Assembly (NCBI GenBank): GCA_027062125.1
Contig: JAMOTW010000033.1
Location: 28,095-52,094 of the forward strand
From: Thermococcus sp.
Lineage (GTDB): Archaea; Methanobacteriota_B; Thermococci; Thermococcales; Thermococcaceae
Length of the DNA stretch: 24,000 bases
Reading direction: 5' to 3'
Made by a program: the position numbers and the translations under genes. The notes beneath the pieces were generated by a model. That model ran no database searches, was not told the DNA's origin, and worked only from the letters and a program-made list of their open reading frames with translations. Below are positions 23,068-24,000 of this stretch, one piece after another. Position 1 is the stretch's first letter. Each line of letters begins with the position of its first letter.

Positions 23068-24000
23068 ATGAGCACGAGAATCGGTGGCGTGAACGTTGAA
23101 TTCACTGGGGAACTCGATGACGGTTTTGAGGAGGCTTTCAAGGGACTTTTTGCGAGGCGCTATCTTCCGGACGTTGAGGATGGTTCTGGAGAACCCCAAG
23201 TTGTCGTGGAGCGCTTCAAGGGCGGTGACTTCAGAGTCTTCAGCGCGGTCTACGACCACATGGGGATGGACGAGTACAAGATAGAGTCGAGGGTTCCTTC
23301 AGCGTATGGCAACGAGGCGCCGATATTCTTCATCCTCCAGGCCGCCGCGAGGGCGGGTGCAAAGGCTGGCAGGATGTTCATAACGGACTCCGTTGGAGTC
23401 CTCACTCCCAGCGGGAAGGCTGTTCTCTTCGTCGGCTATCCCCACACTGGGAAGAGCACGATGTCGGTTCTGGCCCTCGCCAGCGGTATGCCAGTTCTGA
23501 GCACCGAGAACACGATAGTTGAGGTCAGGGACGGGAAGCTCTACATAGTCGGTGGCACGGAGGTTCTAGTCTACGACCCGAGGATAGAGGGCATATACGA
23601 CATAAAGGTTCCCTACGACGAGCAGACGAGAAGCGGCTACAGGATAAAGGACCTCAGGAACGACTCCGAGAGGAAAAAGCTCCTCAGGAAAGGCGTCGAG
23701 ATAGACATGCTCGTCGTCCTCCACGCGGCCTTCAACTGCATGGAGGCCAGCTTCTCGAGGATAAAGGGCAGGAAGGTCAAGAAGACGCTGTGGTACTTCT
23801 CAACCGCGCTCATGAAGGGCCTCGACTACTACGAGCCGGCCCCGCTCCACGTCCCTGTGAGCGACGAGATCGCCCGGAACCTCCGCCACTTCCTCGAGAC
23901 GGCCGCTGGGAGCTACTCGGACAGGATGTTCGAGGCCTTCGGAAACCACAGGGCGGTCTTCGAGAGGATAGTCGAGATGGAGCTCGCGCAGAGGGAGTAG
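23068..24000 (+). CDS. Hypothetical P-loop protein with an HPr-kinase-C-terminal-like ATP-binding core
   Basis: AVLFVGYPHTGKSTMSVLALASGMPVLSTENTIVEV follows the HprK/P pattern G-x-S/x-G-x-GKS-x3-L-x-L-x3-G-x2-L-x-[AS]-[DE]-[DN]. I chose the ATG at 23068 after GGGGGAG. The track extension from 22855 overlaps the pdo 3' end and the promoter. The stop codon TAG is at 23998-24000. Confidence 0.6.
   Translation: MSTRIGGVNVEFTGELDDGFEEAFKGLFARRYLPDVEDGSGEPQVVVERFKGGDFRVFSAVYDHMGMDEYKIESRVPSAYGNEAPIFFILQAAARAGAKAGRMFITDSVGVLTPSGKAVLFVGYPHTGKSTMSVLALASGMPVLSTENTIVEVRDGKLYIVGGTEVLVYDPRIEGIYDIKVPYDEQTRSGYRIKDLRNDSERKKLLRKGVEIDMLVVLHAAFNCMEASFSRIKGRKVKKTLWYFSTALMKGLDYYEPAPLHVPVSDEIARNLRHFLETAAGSYSDRMFEAFGNHRAVFERIVEMELAQRE

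Overview
This window reads as chromosomal DNA from a Thermococcales (Thermococcus/Pyrococcus-type) euryarchaeon. The evidence is GGAGGTGA-type ribosome-binding sites, BRE/TATA promoters, oligo-T terminators, and proteins I recognise from Pyrococcus furiosus, namely PDO and SurR. Gene content, left to right: a 5'-truncated, AT-rich, tandem-module GH99/WbsX-like glycosidase gene; a small hypothetical gene; the minus-strand core block ftsZ-secE-spt5-rpl11 and rpl1-rplP0-rplP1; dtdA; a KamA-family radical-SAM gene with a long N-terminal extension; a TAXI-TRAP operon (lipoprotein receptor, DUF1850, fused permease); a FucI-like isomerase; the protein-only RNase P homologue HARP; convergent tRNA-Thr(GGU) and tRNA-Pro(UGG); a type IA topoisomerase; the surR-ferredoxin-GGR operon divergent from pdo; and an HprK-like P-loop protein. 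The most unusual signal is non-coding. The 975 bp between the two convergent tRNA genes (16684-17658) has no credible ORF. It is built from six alternating-orientation copies of a ~45-nt hairpin module plus GC-rich hairpins, and forms a degenerate two-fold-symmetric structure with ~490-bp arms, each arm starting 5 nt after a tRNA CCA end. The hairpin stems differ between copies but stay complementary. I cannot match this to any element class I know (not CRISPR, C/D, H/ACA or ORB). Second in interest is the compositionally foreign GH99-like gene at the left edge. Its two modules share a 22-aa peptide that is identical despite 13 synonymous differences. All functional calls come from motif recognition by eye; no database search was run.
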